Assembly (NCBI RefSeq): GCF_038025025.1 | Contig: NW_027117340.1 | Location: 62,001-126,000, forward strand | From: Phyllosticta citribraziliensis | Lineage: Eukaryota | Direction: 5' to 3' | DNA length: 64,000 nucleotides | Part shown: piece by piece, positions 1 to 12,842 of the stretch | Numbering within the stretch: position 1 is the stretch's first letter | How the letters are laid out: every line of letters begins with the position of its first letter | Made by a program: the position numbers and the translations under genes | Notes under the pieces: generated by a model | Databases searched by the model: none | What the model was told of the DNA's origin: nothing | The model's input: only the letters and a program-made list of their open reading frames with translations

Positions 1-435
1 GCTCCTCAAGCTTTTCAAGCTCCGCAAACTCCGGAGACTCGCCATGTGCTGCACCCTCTTCTTGCCCTCATCACTCCTTTCTTTCTTCTGACACTCCCCC
101 TTGTCCGCCGCCGTATTGCTCTCATCCCCACAAACGCGCACCGGCCGACACGTCTCGGAGCCGCCGGGCGAGCCGCCAAATACGGCAGCCGCGTACGCGG
201 CGTTGGACAGCGACAGCGTGCTCAGGCTGTGCAGCAGGCGGCTGGGGTGGTGCAGGCGGAAGTGGGCGTGCTTTGGCGGGGGCGTGGGGGTGTGGGGGCG
301 CTGCTGTTGCGCGCGGCGGTTGGTGATGGTGCTGGGGTTGTGGTTGGCGATGTGGTGGGAATTTGAGGGGGTGGTGGGGTGCGGGGACTGCCGGTGGGAG
401 CGAGAGCGCCGGGGCGTGGAGTGTGTGCAGCCCAT
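1..435 (-). CDS. Hypothetical protein, 3'-truncated by the window edge; N-terminus MGCTHS (myristoylation/palmitoylation-like)
   Basis: ATG at 435 in tcaaaATGg context; the frame stays open to position 1; absent from the ORF track, presumably because it has no stop in the window. Confidence 0.5.
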   Translation of the reverse strand, partial: MGCTHSTPRRSRSHRQSPHPTTPSNSHHIANHNPSTITNRRAQQQRPHTPTPPPKHAHFRLHHPSRLLHSLSTLSLSNAAYAAAVFGGSPGGSETCRPVRVCGDESNTAADKGECQKKERSDEGKKRVQHMASLRSLRSLKSLRS

Positions 436-2349
436 TTTGATTGGTTTTGGCGTTGGTTTTGAGGTTTGCGTGGAGCGGGCGAGCGGGCGGGTGGCTATTG
501 TGTGTGGTTGTTTTGGGTATTGGAGGTTGGCTGGCTGGGCTGGGTCTGTCTTTCTGTCTGTCTATACTCCTGTCAGTCTTTCCGCCAAATCCGTACCCTA
601 CTCTCCTTTGCAGTAAATGACAGACATACCTTCTTCTTTCTCTCTCCTCTCTTCCCTTCCCTCTCAAGATCCAACAAGCAAGCAAGCAAGCGGCAAAGGC
701 GAGAAAGAGTTGCCAGCGCGCCACAGTGCCTCAGTAGCGTCGTTGCCTTCTCAGACAGCGGCGAGACGAACAGCAGCGCGTGCAAAAGAGAGCCGAGAAG
801 CTGTGCTCCCTTCCAGTATACCTCTCGTTCTTCCTGCGACCGCGCAGTCTTGGTCTTGATTGTCCAACGGGTATTTCTCCAGAGCGGCCGCGAAAGGAGC
901 GCCAGCAGCGACGCGTTGGCAAAAGAGCGGCGAGCAGTGTTGGCCGAGGAGAGGCGCGTGGAGTTGAGCGAGAAGGCCAAGGGACGTGCAAGAGGTTGGG
1001 TTCCAAGATGTAGGTAGGCGGAAGAGGAGCAGAGGTGGCCGTGGAGAGTGGAGGGGACGCGTGAGGCTGTTTTCGGGACAGTGGTGCCGTCAAGTTTTAT
1101 TTGCGCGGGCAGCGTGCGGTGATGCGAGCTATCTCGGCATAGGAGTTGTTTGTCGTCGTGGGTTGGCGGCGGGCGTGGGTGGGCACTGCTGGTTCACACG
1201 GCGATACTGGATACTGAGGCTTCTTTGGTGACTAGGAACCTATCTATCATACACATTCAAGTCCAAATTGGAGGTGATTGAGGGATCTTTAAATGGCGGC
1301 CGAATTTGGGAAGCTCTCAAAAATCGAACATTGTGTGTTGGTTTGATTAGATTTGGCCGTAGCAGTCACCTCAGGACGTCTCCAGCGCAAAATCTCTCAG
1401 TCCGTCCTGAGACTCTGGCATACACAGGCCTATCCATCATCCTTAGATGAGAGAACGCGGCTATCTTCCCAGCCCAGTAGGAAGCAGGAGACTCAGCACC
1501 GGCGGACCTACTTCATCGCAACAGAACCACTGTTGCAGCTTGGTATGCAGCACAAGCGCATCGACCCAAGCATCCGCACTCCAAGGACCAAGCGGCCGAC
1601 CTTGGGCTAAACAAGACGTCAGTGAACGTGTGCCAACTGTTCGACGCCGCCCATTCGCGCATCCAACACTTCTACATCCCGCACCCCACACGTCCTCTGC
1701 GACTCCATCACTTTCAAAAAGCGGCGATTTCTTTGCTCTCGGCGCAGCTGGACGTATTGTTTTGGCACAAGACCCGCGCTGCCTTTTTCTCTTTGCATCT
1801 CTTTTGCCGCGACGTCGACCTGCGCGCTGCCACAACAACACTCGGCAGACGTCAACACCAACACCACCGTCCAAAAAGCGTGGCCCATTTTCGCTTTGAG
1901 CGCACCGTTCCCTGAGCACCGTGGCTCTTGGTGATTGCCGCTTCGAATTTGTCTGGAGCTCCTCTGGTCCAACTCTTACTGGCTGGCAAGTCTCATCCGT
2001 TGCAAGATGGCGCGCCTCGCTGACCTTCTGAAGACCAGTACGACTTCTTGACTTTGGACGAGCTCGTGTGAGCTGTGTGGTCCAAAACGCTGCTCTCAAG
2101 CTCTGCGTTGACGTCTGGCCTTGAGGTTTGTCAATACGCTCCAAAGCTGCGAATAGGCTTACCTCTAAATATTCTTACAGAATTCATCGCCGATTTCGTT
2201 CGCGCATCGCAAACTGTTCGTCAGAAAGGAAGCAAAACTTCTGGACGCTCTCCGCGGTGAACGGCAAACACTTCAACTCCTCCAATCCCAACACCAGGCC
2301 AAAACCCAGGCGCCTCTCAACCACCAAAGCACAACACGCACCCGCCACC

Positions 2350-2982
2350 ATGTGCAAGCGCTACGTCCCCATCTACCAATGCCGCCACCGGGACCACGTG
2401 CCACAACCCGAGCTCTACCTCTGCCAGCGGGCGCTCGCCGCCTTCACGTGGCAGTCGCAAAAAGCGCCGAGCATCAGCCTCACGAATGCATCCTTCGTGC
2501 TGCAAAAGCTCGCCGCGCGCACCGCCGGCTGCCTGCGCGAGTCCACCTCCGAGCTGGCGCTGTACTACCAGGTGCAGCCCGAGTGGTGCGACGCGTGTCT
2601 GGCGAACGGGCAGGCGACGGCGCGCGCGGCCGTGCTGGAGGCGGACGAGCTGCCGTTCAAGCGCGGCGATGTCGGCGCGTGGATTCCGTGGAAGGAGGGC
2701 GTCGAGGTGGCTCGGAGCGAGCGCACTGAGGCGCAGGAGCGCGTGTGGGTCCAGGACTTGCGTGCTAGGCCGGTGCAGACGTATTGGCGGACTGTGGCTG
2801 CTGAGAAGGTGTGCGAGGATGGCGAGGGCATGGATGAAGATGAACATGAGGGTGAGAGCAGCCATTGCAAGTCTGAGAAGAGTGCTTCGATGCTGCCGGA
2901 TCGCTATGCTCAGACCAAGGAGCTGGTGTCGCGCTGTTGTGATCTGATATCGCTGAGTGGCAGCAGCCCGGAGAAGAATTGA
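2350..2982 (+). CDS. Hypothetical Cys/His-rich protein (MC-x8-CxH...C...C...WCxxC), 210 aa
   Basis: Strong gccaccATG context; GC3-rich codons; MCKRYVPIYQCRH...LYLC...GC...EWCDAC. Confidence 0.7.
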   Translation: MCKRYVPIYQCRHRDHVPQPELYLCQRALAAFTWQSQKAPSISLTNASFVLQKLAARTAGCLRESTSELALYYQVQPEWCDACLANGQATARAAVLEADELPFKRGDVGAWIPWKEGVEVARSERTEAQERVWVQDLRARPVQTYWRTVAAEKVCEDGEGMDEDEHEGESSHCKSEKSASMLPDRYAQTKELVSRCCDLISLSGSSPEKN

Positions 2983-4895
2983 GGTGGGAGCTTGACGTTG
3001 CTTCGTGGTAGCGGAATGGGGGAGCACACCAGAAGAGAAGCGTAGGATGTAGATTCTGCGGGCTACAATTGACTTTGGGTCTTGAGATTGGCAGACAAAA
3101 ATCTGGAGTAAGGACCGCGGCGATGTTAGGCGTAGTGGAGTATACAAGTGGCATACTCAATTGGTCAAAATCCCTTCTGCTGTGATGTGTTGTTCCAACG
3201 AGAAAACGTGCAAGAAAGATGTCAAAACGGACAGGATAGCTTAAGAAATTCGGTCTTGGAGTGAAAGGAAGGTCAAGGGCGAGGGAAAAGAAAAAGAGCT
3301 ACAGGTTCTGTAGGTCTTATGCTCTGCTCTAACCAATCGACGTGAGAAAGGCAATATCTAACCACGTCAAAATCTCAACGACGAGATGTTGTATCAGGCC
3401 GCTACTCCGGGCGCTGCCCGGACGAAAGAGGCAGTCAGGAGCACAATCCAGAGGGGGTCAGGGCTGTGAGCGAACCAAAGAGCCCACCAACGCCCGATAT
3501 ATTGCGCAACAGCGACGTCATCATCATAATCGGCCGGTTAGCGCAATGGAACAGGACACAGTCTCAACGTCATTGTCACCGACACCCTTAAGAGTAAAAC
3601 CCCAGGGTGTGTGAGCTAGGGTTGGCGTGCTGCGCGTAGCAGAGCTTGGCCCAGAGTTCGACTCCCGCTTCAGGAAGCGACACAGGTGCGGGTGCGCGTT
3701 TCTTTTTGCTTTTTGTTTTTGTCGTTGTTGTGTCGAGGAGTTGGCTGAGTTTTTGGTGATAGCCACAGAGCACGCTCAGGGAAGCGGAAAGAGCTAAAGA
3801 GGACCGTCAGCAGTGGAGTGGCAGCATCAGCGTCTTCATCAACGCTACCCACCTCGCCTTCTTTCACCAGCAGAGGCAGGGATCGCAGCTGTCGCGAGAG
3901 TCTTTGAGCGGCGCCTCATTCCACCAACAGCATTAGTGCGCGAGCTGCAGACGTTTTTTTGAGCCGATCAGCATTGGGCAGTCTGTCTGAGCTGCTCATC
4001 GACACTGCCGCGGGGACTGCGGCGGAAAGATCAATCAAGCTCATGCGACGACGGGAGCAATGCCGCAGAGACACTCATCATGAATTTGGAGGGCGACGAA
4101 TTGAACGAGTGGATTGGGCTGCACGATCCAGGGCAGGACGTGAGGTTGTTCAGTTCCAGCCGACTGGCAATCGACTCGGATTCGTCGATCTGAATGGACA
4201 GATACCTGAGTTTGAAGTCGAGCAGAACGTCGTCTTCACAAGGATTGCCGAATCAGGCGAACTAATATAGCGCCAGCGATGACAGAACGGTGTCTTGCCT
4301 AGCCGAGGGACGGGCCGGCCAGTACGGCAACGGGGACCAATAGCCGTAACGTGGCGCAAGGGTAGTCTAGCTGAAAAGGCCGACGTAAAGGGCAGTTTTG
4401 TCCTGGTGTGTGGTGGCGGCCGCAGAAGAAGAAAGGTGATGCGAGTAGTCGGTGCGGTGTTCCGGAAAAAGGGTGCGTGGGCTGACCAACAGCGCCCATC
4501 GGAAGAAGCAAAAGTAAAGAGAGAACGACTCTGAATTGGAACTTGCCTTCTTTTTCTCAGAGTTTGTCGTGTCCGGCGCCTAGCCTTGCCGATTTGGACA
4601 TGTGCTTGCGAGGCTAGCGCACGTGCGGCAGAGGAGGAGTCGACGATAGTTTCGCGCCAGTTGCAGATGGTCGAGCCGGCCCGTCAGGGTCTGCGGATCG
4701 GTTGAGCACTGTAGCTCCAACACCTTTGTCTGATGGGGTGTTCGAGGCTGTTGCAATCGAGTCTATCATGGGCTGCGGTCGTGCCCGAGCTTTCATGGTG
4801 CCGTTGTCGAGCGGTTGGGCATGATATAAATCCGTCAACCACATCCAGTGTCCAAGAAGCCGGACTGTCGTTCTACTGGCATCATCTCGCCCATC

Positions 4896-6059
4896 ATGCA
4901 GGAGCAGCCTCTTTCGTCTCCTACTCCCTCGGGTTTTCAGAAACCGAGAGGTACATCGATCCCCCTAACCAACCCGACATCTTTTGCTCCGCTCGTTGCC
5001 CTCGAGAGACTCTCCGCGACGACCTTCACCAACGTTGAGCCGGTGGTTGCAGGAGGAGCGCGCGTCATTCGCGGCAGACATGGGCAGGCCCAGTTGCAGT
5101 TGACGACCTATGGCGGCTTGATGTTTGCACAGGCGGCGTGGGCGGCGGCCGAGACGATAGGAAGCGAATGGGTTATTCACGTAAGTGCCGCGCCTTCCAG
5201 AATTTTCCATGCTCTTGACGCGTGAGTCTAGAACGTCACGGGTACCTTTCTAGCTCCAGGGGTCCATGGCGTGCCGTTCACGTATCATGTCCGCTCCGTG
5301 CTAGAAGGAAAATCTTTTTGTTTGCGAGCCGTCGAAGCGACACAGTCGCACTCAAGACCAGGCTCAGCAACCATCACGAATTGTCGCGTCACCGTCTCTT
5401 TCAAGAAGCTGGTGGCAGCGAATCCGTCGCAGTTTGATCACCAACCGCCGCGTTCGGGTCCTGTTCAGCATGCGCTCGCGCGCTTTCGCGCCGGTGCCTC
5501 GCCACATCCAAATACGCTGACGCGGCGGACGTTTCCAACACTCGAGGCCATGCTGGGCCGTCGACAAACGGCGCGAGAGCCCATCTACACGCCGAGCGTT
5601 GCGGGAGTTGAAGCAGTCTTTATGCCTCTTCCTGCCTCTGGACTGCCGCGGTCGCAGGCTTTCCCTAATCCGCGAGCATGCCGCAAGACGACGGCGCTGT
5701 ACACGGCCGTTGGAAGAGCGTCCGAGTTTGCTGGGGCGTCGGCAAACTTGTCAATTTGCGCACATTTGAATGCCGCAGATGGTATGACGCTGTTTGATGC
5801 AGCGGCGCTGCTGGGGTTTCCGGCGCCGCAGGTCCGCGCGCTGTGCACTCTGGGGTTGAATGTCGTCATTCACGACGCTGGGTCGGTGGGAATCGCTGGC
5901 GATGGACACAAAAAGAAGTGGTATGTGCAGGAGGGCTGGGTTGATCGGTACGCGGATGAAAGAGTCGTCTTTTGCACCAGAGTTTGGGACGAGCGGGGCG
6001 TGTGCGTGTTGAGCTCATGGCAAGAGGGAGTGTTGAAGCTGAGGGAGGCGAGGTTGTAG
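4896..6059 (+). CDS. Acyl-CoA thioesterase II (TesB/Tes1-like double hot-dog), with C-terminal PTS1-like ARL
   Basis: TYGGLMFAQAAWAA motif; intron 5181-5231 (GTAAGT..TAG) joins it to PFTYHVRSVLEGKSFCLRAV; C-terminal WQEGVL; ends -ARL. Confidence 0.8.
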
Positions 6060-6242
6060 GAGCTCGGCTGTAGAGGGAGCTGCCCTGAGCATGTGCCGAG
6101 CTGGTGTTTGGTTTCCGTTCCGCTGTCAACGGAACCTGAACCTGGAGGCGGAGGAGGGCGGGACGGGCGGGTCGGAAAAGGAGGGAGTGGAGAGAGAGAG
6201 GGGAGGGGTCAAAGCGGGGACTCATGTCCCCCGCAATATGCA

Positions 6243-8710
6243 ATGGATCTCACCTTCATCAACAACATCAATCCCTCCTCTCTCTTTCGCCCTCCTGCGC
6301 TCAACATGGCTGCTGTCGAACCTCCGGCGCCCTCGTCGCCCTCGCCCTCGCCGTCGTCCTCTACCCACCCCGTCCAGCCGCCTCCCGAAAAACGCAGGAA
6401 AATCACAAGAGCATGTGACAATTGCAAATCGTACCACCGCCTCGGCCCTCATTCGTTCTCTGCTAATGATGACAGGAAAAAGAAGCGCTGCACCGGAACC
6501 CAGCCTTGTCCGTCGTGCGAAAAGGCTGCAAAACCATGCACCTATCTGGCCAGCTACACGCGCGGCCGCTTCAACACGCCGCCTTCGTCTCGCGGTCTGG
6601 ATGCCCTGGTCCTCGCCGCCGAGTCGCACAACCACCTCTCCGATCGCCGTCGGAGGGGCTCGTCCACCACATGTCCCGAATCAATGTCCGTGTCCGTCCC
6701 CGTTAGCCGAAGGAATGCTTCGTTCAGTTCCGACTACCCTCCGTCTGGCCGCCCCTCTCTGCCGCCGCTTCATGGTCCCCTGCATCCTCTTGCGCCAGCA
6801 AATGTCCAGCTCCCCGCCAGGCCAACCTCCAAACGACCTTCGCCGGAAACGGATCGCCGTCCTGTGGGCCCCAACTCGAATGGAGCGTGGCTCCGCCGCG
6901 CCATGCGGAAGCTGAATCAGGCCCGGCCGAGCGAGGGTACCCTCGGCCCACGCTCAGGAACCACGTCCGAAGCCACCGTCTTTACATTTGGAGACAAACC
7001 CCCGGTGACGACGTCGGGCTTTGAAGCTCCGTTGCCGCCGCCGGCACTGCACGCAGAGTACCTGGTCGGTCGATATTTCGAGTTTGCCATGCCCACGTAT
7101 CGATTCCTGCATCGGCCAAGCCTGACTTCGTGGTTGTGGGAGCTCTCTCAAGACAAGGTCGCCGTGGCTCCTGCAAAAAGGGCCGTTCTGTACATGATTT
7201 TCGCGTATGCCATGCTCTACGAGACTAGCCGAATCAAGGATCAGGAAGCCGACTCGAGGCGGAAAAGCGAGACGTACTTTCGCGAAGCTCAAGTCCTCTT
7301 GGCCCACGAGACTGGTCCCGCAACGCTGGAATCTGTGCAGGCCAGGTTCATCCAGTGCCACTATCTGCTGAGCACTGGCCGGTCAAATCAGGCGTGGTAT
7401 ACTTTTGGGACGACAGTGCAGCTTGCCATGGCTCTCGGCCTCCACCGTAAACGCCCTGGAAATACGTCTCTCGTCGTCCGAGAAACGAGGAGACGGCTGT
7501 TTTGGGCAATATACACGTTGGATCGGTACCTTGCAATCGCCTCTGACCGACCTACAATGCTGCAGGATGACGACATCTCTCAAGAACTCCCCCTTGCCAT
7601 CAACGACGACGACCTGACAGATACCCATGCCGCCCAAGCGAGTCGGGACGACTGTCTAGAGGACGGCCCCATATCTCACTGCCAGCTTGCGCGAATGGTC
7701 GGCAGGATGGCCAAGGAGCAGTCCTCCATGCACACAAAAACAGACAGCGAACGGCGAGCCATTGCAATACAACACAACAAGGCTCTGGACGAGTGGCGCT
7801 CGCAACTGCCTCCCCTCCTCTCTGGCTGCATAAAACCGTCCAGCTTGATTTTGATATTCCGTCGCCAATGCACCGTGCTCAAGCTCGCCCATGCGCACGC
7901 CGTCATGCTTGTAAACCGCCCCTTTCTCCTGTCCAGTAAGACGGACCCCGTCGTCCAAGGCTTCGCTGACGACTGTCTTGCTGCCGCGCGGACGGTGCTC
8001 GAGCTCGTCCTCGCCTTCTTCGCCGAAGGGCAGCCCGTGGCGTCGTTTTGGTTTACGCAGGTGAGTTGGCAGATCCGCTCCGCCGCTTTGACTGACAACG
8101 ATCACAGCACATCGTCTTCAACGCGCTCGCCGTCGTTTACGTGCACCTCCTGCATGCCCGACATCACCACCACGCCACGCTGCACGTGCAGCCGTCGCCC
8201 CCGTCGTCCACCACCGCGGCGGCCGACACTGCGAGCTCGACGTCGCTGCTCGCCCTCGCCGACGCCACGACGCAGCACCTCGCCGCCATCGTCGAGCCGC
8301 ACGCGCCGAGCGGCCGCCACGCCGTCGTCCTCGACGAGCTGCGCCACGACCTGGCGGCCGCTTCGCCGTTCAGCGAGCCCAGCGCCCGCTTCTCGCTGCC
8401 CGCAGACGTCAAGCCGAGCAAGCCGGCCGGCTTGCCGAACGGCGCGTCGACGCTGCTGCTCTCGCCGCCGGACGAGCCGAGTGCGGGGACGCCGAATGGC
8501 CATGGCCATGGTCATGGCCGTGGAGGGGGCGAGACGGGCGGTAGTGGCCGCGGCTCGCCGTACGCGACGAACGGGGCGCACGCGCTTGAAGCGGCGGTGG
8601 CAGAGGGCTGGGACCGCGACGTCGAGATCGGGTCGTCGCTGTTCTGGCAGCAGCTCGATGCGCTGCCGATGGGCGTGGGCGTGGGCGTGGGCGTGGGAGG
8701 GGGCGGTTGA
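6243..8710 (+). CDS. Zn(II)2Cys6 transcription factor with fungal-specific TF (middle homology) domain
   Basis: Removing intron 6431-6475 gives RACDNCKSKKKRCTGTQPCPSCEKAAKPC; LGLHR and RRRLFWAIYTLDR motifs; second intron 8061-8107; start may instead be ATG 6306. Confidence 0.9.
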
Positions 8711-8858
8711 CGCGCAGGAAGAACAAGTTGCTGTGCTGTGCTGCGCTGGCAATTCGCATACATGTACATACGAGAAAGTACACATTAAAACATAAACCAC
8801 AGTGGCACCCCCTCCCCCTCCCCCTAACCCCTTCCCCCCAAAACAACAACAACCGCCC

Positions 8859-9191
8859 CTACAAAAAACTCCCCGGCCGCTCATCCTTCCAACACAATTC
8901 CCTCCCCTCGAACGCGCGCGGATCCCGCTTCCTCTCCTCCACGCACCGCCGGCACCAGCCCTCCTGCAGGATGCGCACGTCCTCGATGTAGGCGCAGGCG
9001 GCCCGCATCTGCGTCTCTCTTGCGAGTCCGGAGGACGAGCCTGCGGTGCCTGCGGTGCTGCTGGGCTCCGCGGCGGCGGCTTGCAGTTCGGCCAGGTTCA
9101 GCTTGCCCAGCGTGCACAGCGCCAGCGTGGGCGCTTCTTGCGGCGTCGCGCCGTGGTTGCACTGCCAGACGCGGGTCCATTCGTGGCACAT
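8859..9191 (-). CDS. Hypothetical small Cys/His-rich protein (MC-x8-CxH...C...C...WCxxC), 110 aa
   Basis: atcgccATG context after a CT-rich leader; MCHEWTRVWQCNH...LALC...AAC...GWCRRC. Confidence 0.7.
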   Translation of the reverse strand: MCHEWTRVWQCNHGATPQEAPTLALCTLGKLNLAELQAAAAEPSSTAGTAGSSSGLARETQMRAACAYIEDVRILQEGWCRRCVEERKRDPRAFEGRELCWKDERPGSFL

Positions 9192-9873
9192 GGCGATATT
9201 CTGGAGATGGGAGGGGAGAGGGAGAGAGAGAGAGAGAAGGGGTGGTTTTGGGGATGGAGGAGGTGGCGGAGAGGGAGAGAGAGAGGTAGAGAAAGAGAGG
9301 GAGGGAGGTGTTGTTCTGGTTCTTGTTGTTGTTTTCCGTGTGCTGTTTCTTTTGCAGCGAGGAGAAAGAAGGGCGGAGAGATGGGATCCAAGGGCTGGTG
9401 GATTCGCAGTCGTAGTGGGTTGGCGGCGAGGAGCCAGAGAGCGGGGGCGGTTGGTTCGTTGTTGTTGGCGGATTTCCAGGTGTGGTGGTAATAGTGGTAG
9501 TGTTGTTGTTGTCTCGATCAACCAGTGGTGCTCGATACGGCGACGGGACGAAAGTACGTATGTATGTGTGCATGTACGTGGCGGGGAGACAGGTAAGGTA
9601 GGTCAAGAAAGAGTCGTTGAAGAACAGAGAGGAGACAGGAAAGGTGATAAATGTTGCAGACTCAGACGGACAATTCAATCAATGACAACACTCAGCTACC
9701 TACCTACCTACCGCAACAACCCGCATCTTATATCCATATCCAACCTCACCGTCTCCGCCACCACGATATCCACCTCCACATCTATTACTGCCAAAACGAC
9801 GCACGCCTACCTACCTTTCATTTTTTCTTTTTTGCACTCGCTCCAGCAGCAGCAGTGGTGGTAGCAGCAGCAT

Positions 9874-9908
9874 CACCACCACCACCACCACCACCACCAC
9901 CACCACCA
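9874..9908. repeat. (CAC)n microsatellite, about 11 units
   Basis: Directly visible. Confidence 0.95.
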
Positions 9909-11868
9909 AACAATAGATGCGCTGCGCTGCACTGCTGACGTCCAGCTGGCGGTGTACCTAGGTGGAGAGGCGAGAGGCGCTTGTCTTTCCTTTGCGTTCG
10001 GTCGAGCAGGCAGGGCGCCGCCGCCGCCAGCCCACCGCAGCCCAGCCCAGCCAAGCCAGGCCAGTCCAGCCGCAGATTCCGGGAGCCAGCGAGCCAATCC
10101 AGCCGCAACCGTTTGCACTGAAACTTAGTGCGTGCGGCGCGCGCGCACATTGGGTGGTTGTGGTGGTCGTGGAGGACTACTTGCCTGCCTGCCTGCCTGC
10201 CTATCATGATGACGAGCAGTGGTGGAGTGGGGCGGGGCGGACAGGGCGCGGCAGGGCGCGGCAGGGCAAGGGCGTCTGAAGAAAGACAGACAGACATAGC
10301 AGCAGCAGCTGAGCGCAGCAGCAGCATTATTGGACGTCCATGCGCGCGTGGGGTGAAAGCCTCCACCACCACGTGGGAGAAATCGGTAGTCGGGTCGAGC
10401 ATGTGTGTATGTGTGTATGTGGTTGTGTCGCTGTGTGAGATATCGATAGACGACGACAGACAGAGAGACAGACAGACGTACAGGAAGGCAGGCCACAGTG
10501 GCTGAAAGGGCCAGCCGGCTGGCCACTCGCGTGACGTGGGTTCCTGCACTATAATGGATGCTGCCGAGGCTGATGAGGCTGACGATGATGATGAGGCTCA
10601 AGTGTATGTACCTGTGTGTGTAGGTAGAGCAACTGTACCGGGCAAGTGAGGTCGTAGAGCTGCCGCCGCGGCCGCAAAACATCACGAGATGTGGAGAAGC
10701 CCTTGCTTTTGCTGGACTGCTTCCATGGACAGACAGACAGACAGACAGGACAGGACAGGCGTGGCGCGCCAAAGACGTCGGTGATTCCAAATCAAATGCA
10801 CCAGCAGGTCAACAATGACAACGACGACGACAGCTGCCGGCGCCGCCCCATTATCGAGACGAGTCGAGAGAGCAGCAGTAGCAGCAGCAGTAGCGGTGCT
10901 ATTGATGGCATACCCACCCACCTACCGCGTGCGTCGAGGCGTAAAAGCAAGACCAAACCGGTCTCATTCATTCGTATCCACACTTTTTTGATTCGCAACA
11001 GTGGAGTCTCTTTTTTTTTTTTTGTTTTTTTTCCTGGCGGCTGTACGACCACCCGGATCTCGCAGCCCATCCATGGCTGCAGCAAGCCTATCCTCCGATC
11101 GCCCGTCTGCCCCACGCCGCAAGGGTGTGTAGAGGTGAGTGCACTGCTATTTTGAGAAGCTACATACCTAGACGGTACTTGCAAAAAGGGTCGTGATGAC
11201 GTGCAGGCGACGGCTTTTGGGGGTGGGGAGGCATTGGTTTGGGGCGCTGCGCGTTCAGACTTGCGACCTTGCGACCCCGTCACGAGCACACGACGGTAGA
11301 GATGACAGTAGTTCGGCATTGCCGGAGCATGACGCCAAGCAAAAGATAATATCAGCGGCAAGCCCTCCCCCCCGCCAGCTGAAGAGCCGAACGCAGAGAG
11401 GGAGGACGGGATGGGAGGCGAATTGACGCGGGCAATTGGTGGCGCCGAGCTGAGCCGCCGCGCACGCTCAAAGTTCGGGGGGAAGGTGGTACGGATTCGG
11501 GCACGCCACGCTGTGTACGACGACGACGACGACGCGACGGGGACCGATGAAGAACGAGCGAGAGAAGGGGACAGAGGACTCGGGACGACGTAGGCCAAGC
11601 AGGGACGAGGAGTTGTAGCCGTGATACGAGGAGGGCACATGATGATGGGGGAGTCAAGAGGGAGAGGGAGAGAGGTCGGTTGCGGCGGTTCTCGGTGGTT
11701 TGGCGGCGGAAGCTGGTGGTGGAGGAGGTGGTGGTGGTTGTTGAGCAGGATGATGAGGTGAGGAGCGGGTCAAACAGCGGCTGTGACGACGGCCGTTACT
11801 GCGGCTCTGGTCAAGGGTCCAAGGCGTACAGCTTTGGGGGGATGGGATGCCGTGAGGAGTGGTTGTGA

Positions 11869-11905
11869 TGGTGGTGGTGGTGGTGGTGGTGGTGGAGGAG
11901 GAGGA
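11869..11905. repeat. (TGG)9 followed by (AGG)3, compound microsatellite
   Basis: Directly visible. Confidence 0.9.
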
Positions 11906-12842
11906 GATGAGATGATGGCCTCCACTGGGGGCAGCGATGACATCGGTCGGAGGGAAACTGGGGCAGGACAGGGCTGGGCTCGAGCGTGGACGGGGGGCTC
12001 ACCGCCGTGCTGTACTGTACTGTAGAGTGTAGATGGAGTGACATTCGTGGTGGAGCAGCCCGGGCCCAGAGGTGGAGTGGGTGCACGTGCTCGGTGGGTG
12101 CGGATCAGAGGCCGAAGCTCGACTCGACGACTCGGCGACTCGACTCGACTCACTCTCCACCTCTTGACAGGCACCACCCAGCTTGCCCTCCTCCACGACG
12201 ACAAGACACGTCGGACGTTCTGCGGGACCCGTTCCCGGTCGTCGACCTGCTCTGCTCCGGCGACCATGGACCACGACGGCTGCGCTGCAGGCACACCAAA
12301 GAAGAGTCGGACGCAGCAAAAGGAAAACAACACCAAATCAACCTGCCGCCGACGCATCTTTTGTTGAAACGCCCTGTCCCGCACAAGCTTGCGCCATAGC
12401 CGGGGCAGCAGGGCATGGATGGCGGGCTGGAGTCGTCCTGAGCGGTCACGGCTGAGCCCCATAACTAAGATAACCGGGGAGCTTGATTCAGAAGCCTTGC
12501 AATTTGTGATGTGCGTGACTTCCAGGCCGTTTCAGCTTCTATATTCGCAAAAGACTGCCCGGCCAATCACCGCCGCCAGCCGGGAACAACGACGCTCCGC
12601 CACGTCGAGCTGCAAAAGGACAGCCTTATATGCCACACTCCCTCCAACACGTCCATCGTCAACCCCCCCCTCCCATCGACTCCCCCTGGCCATCCCATCC
12701 CGATCCCGTTCTGTACTGCAGCTCTTCCCACTTCCAGCCTCTCCCCCGGCCGACGCTACGCTACGCTCCTCCACTCCACCCTCCACTCTGCTCCGGATCG
12801 CCAGATCATCCAGTCCTTTTTCCAGTTCCCATGCCCATGAGA

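Noticed and set aside
573..2144. Several 100-227 aa ORFs on both strands
   Set aside because: No recognisable domain or consistent coding bias; cannot be told from chance ORFs in GC-rich DNA
6093..8795. 900-aa ORF as listed in the track
   Set aside because: It reads through two introns; the Arg-rich C-terminus is the wrong frame, and the real last exon ends at 8710
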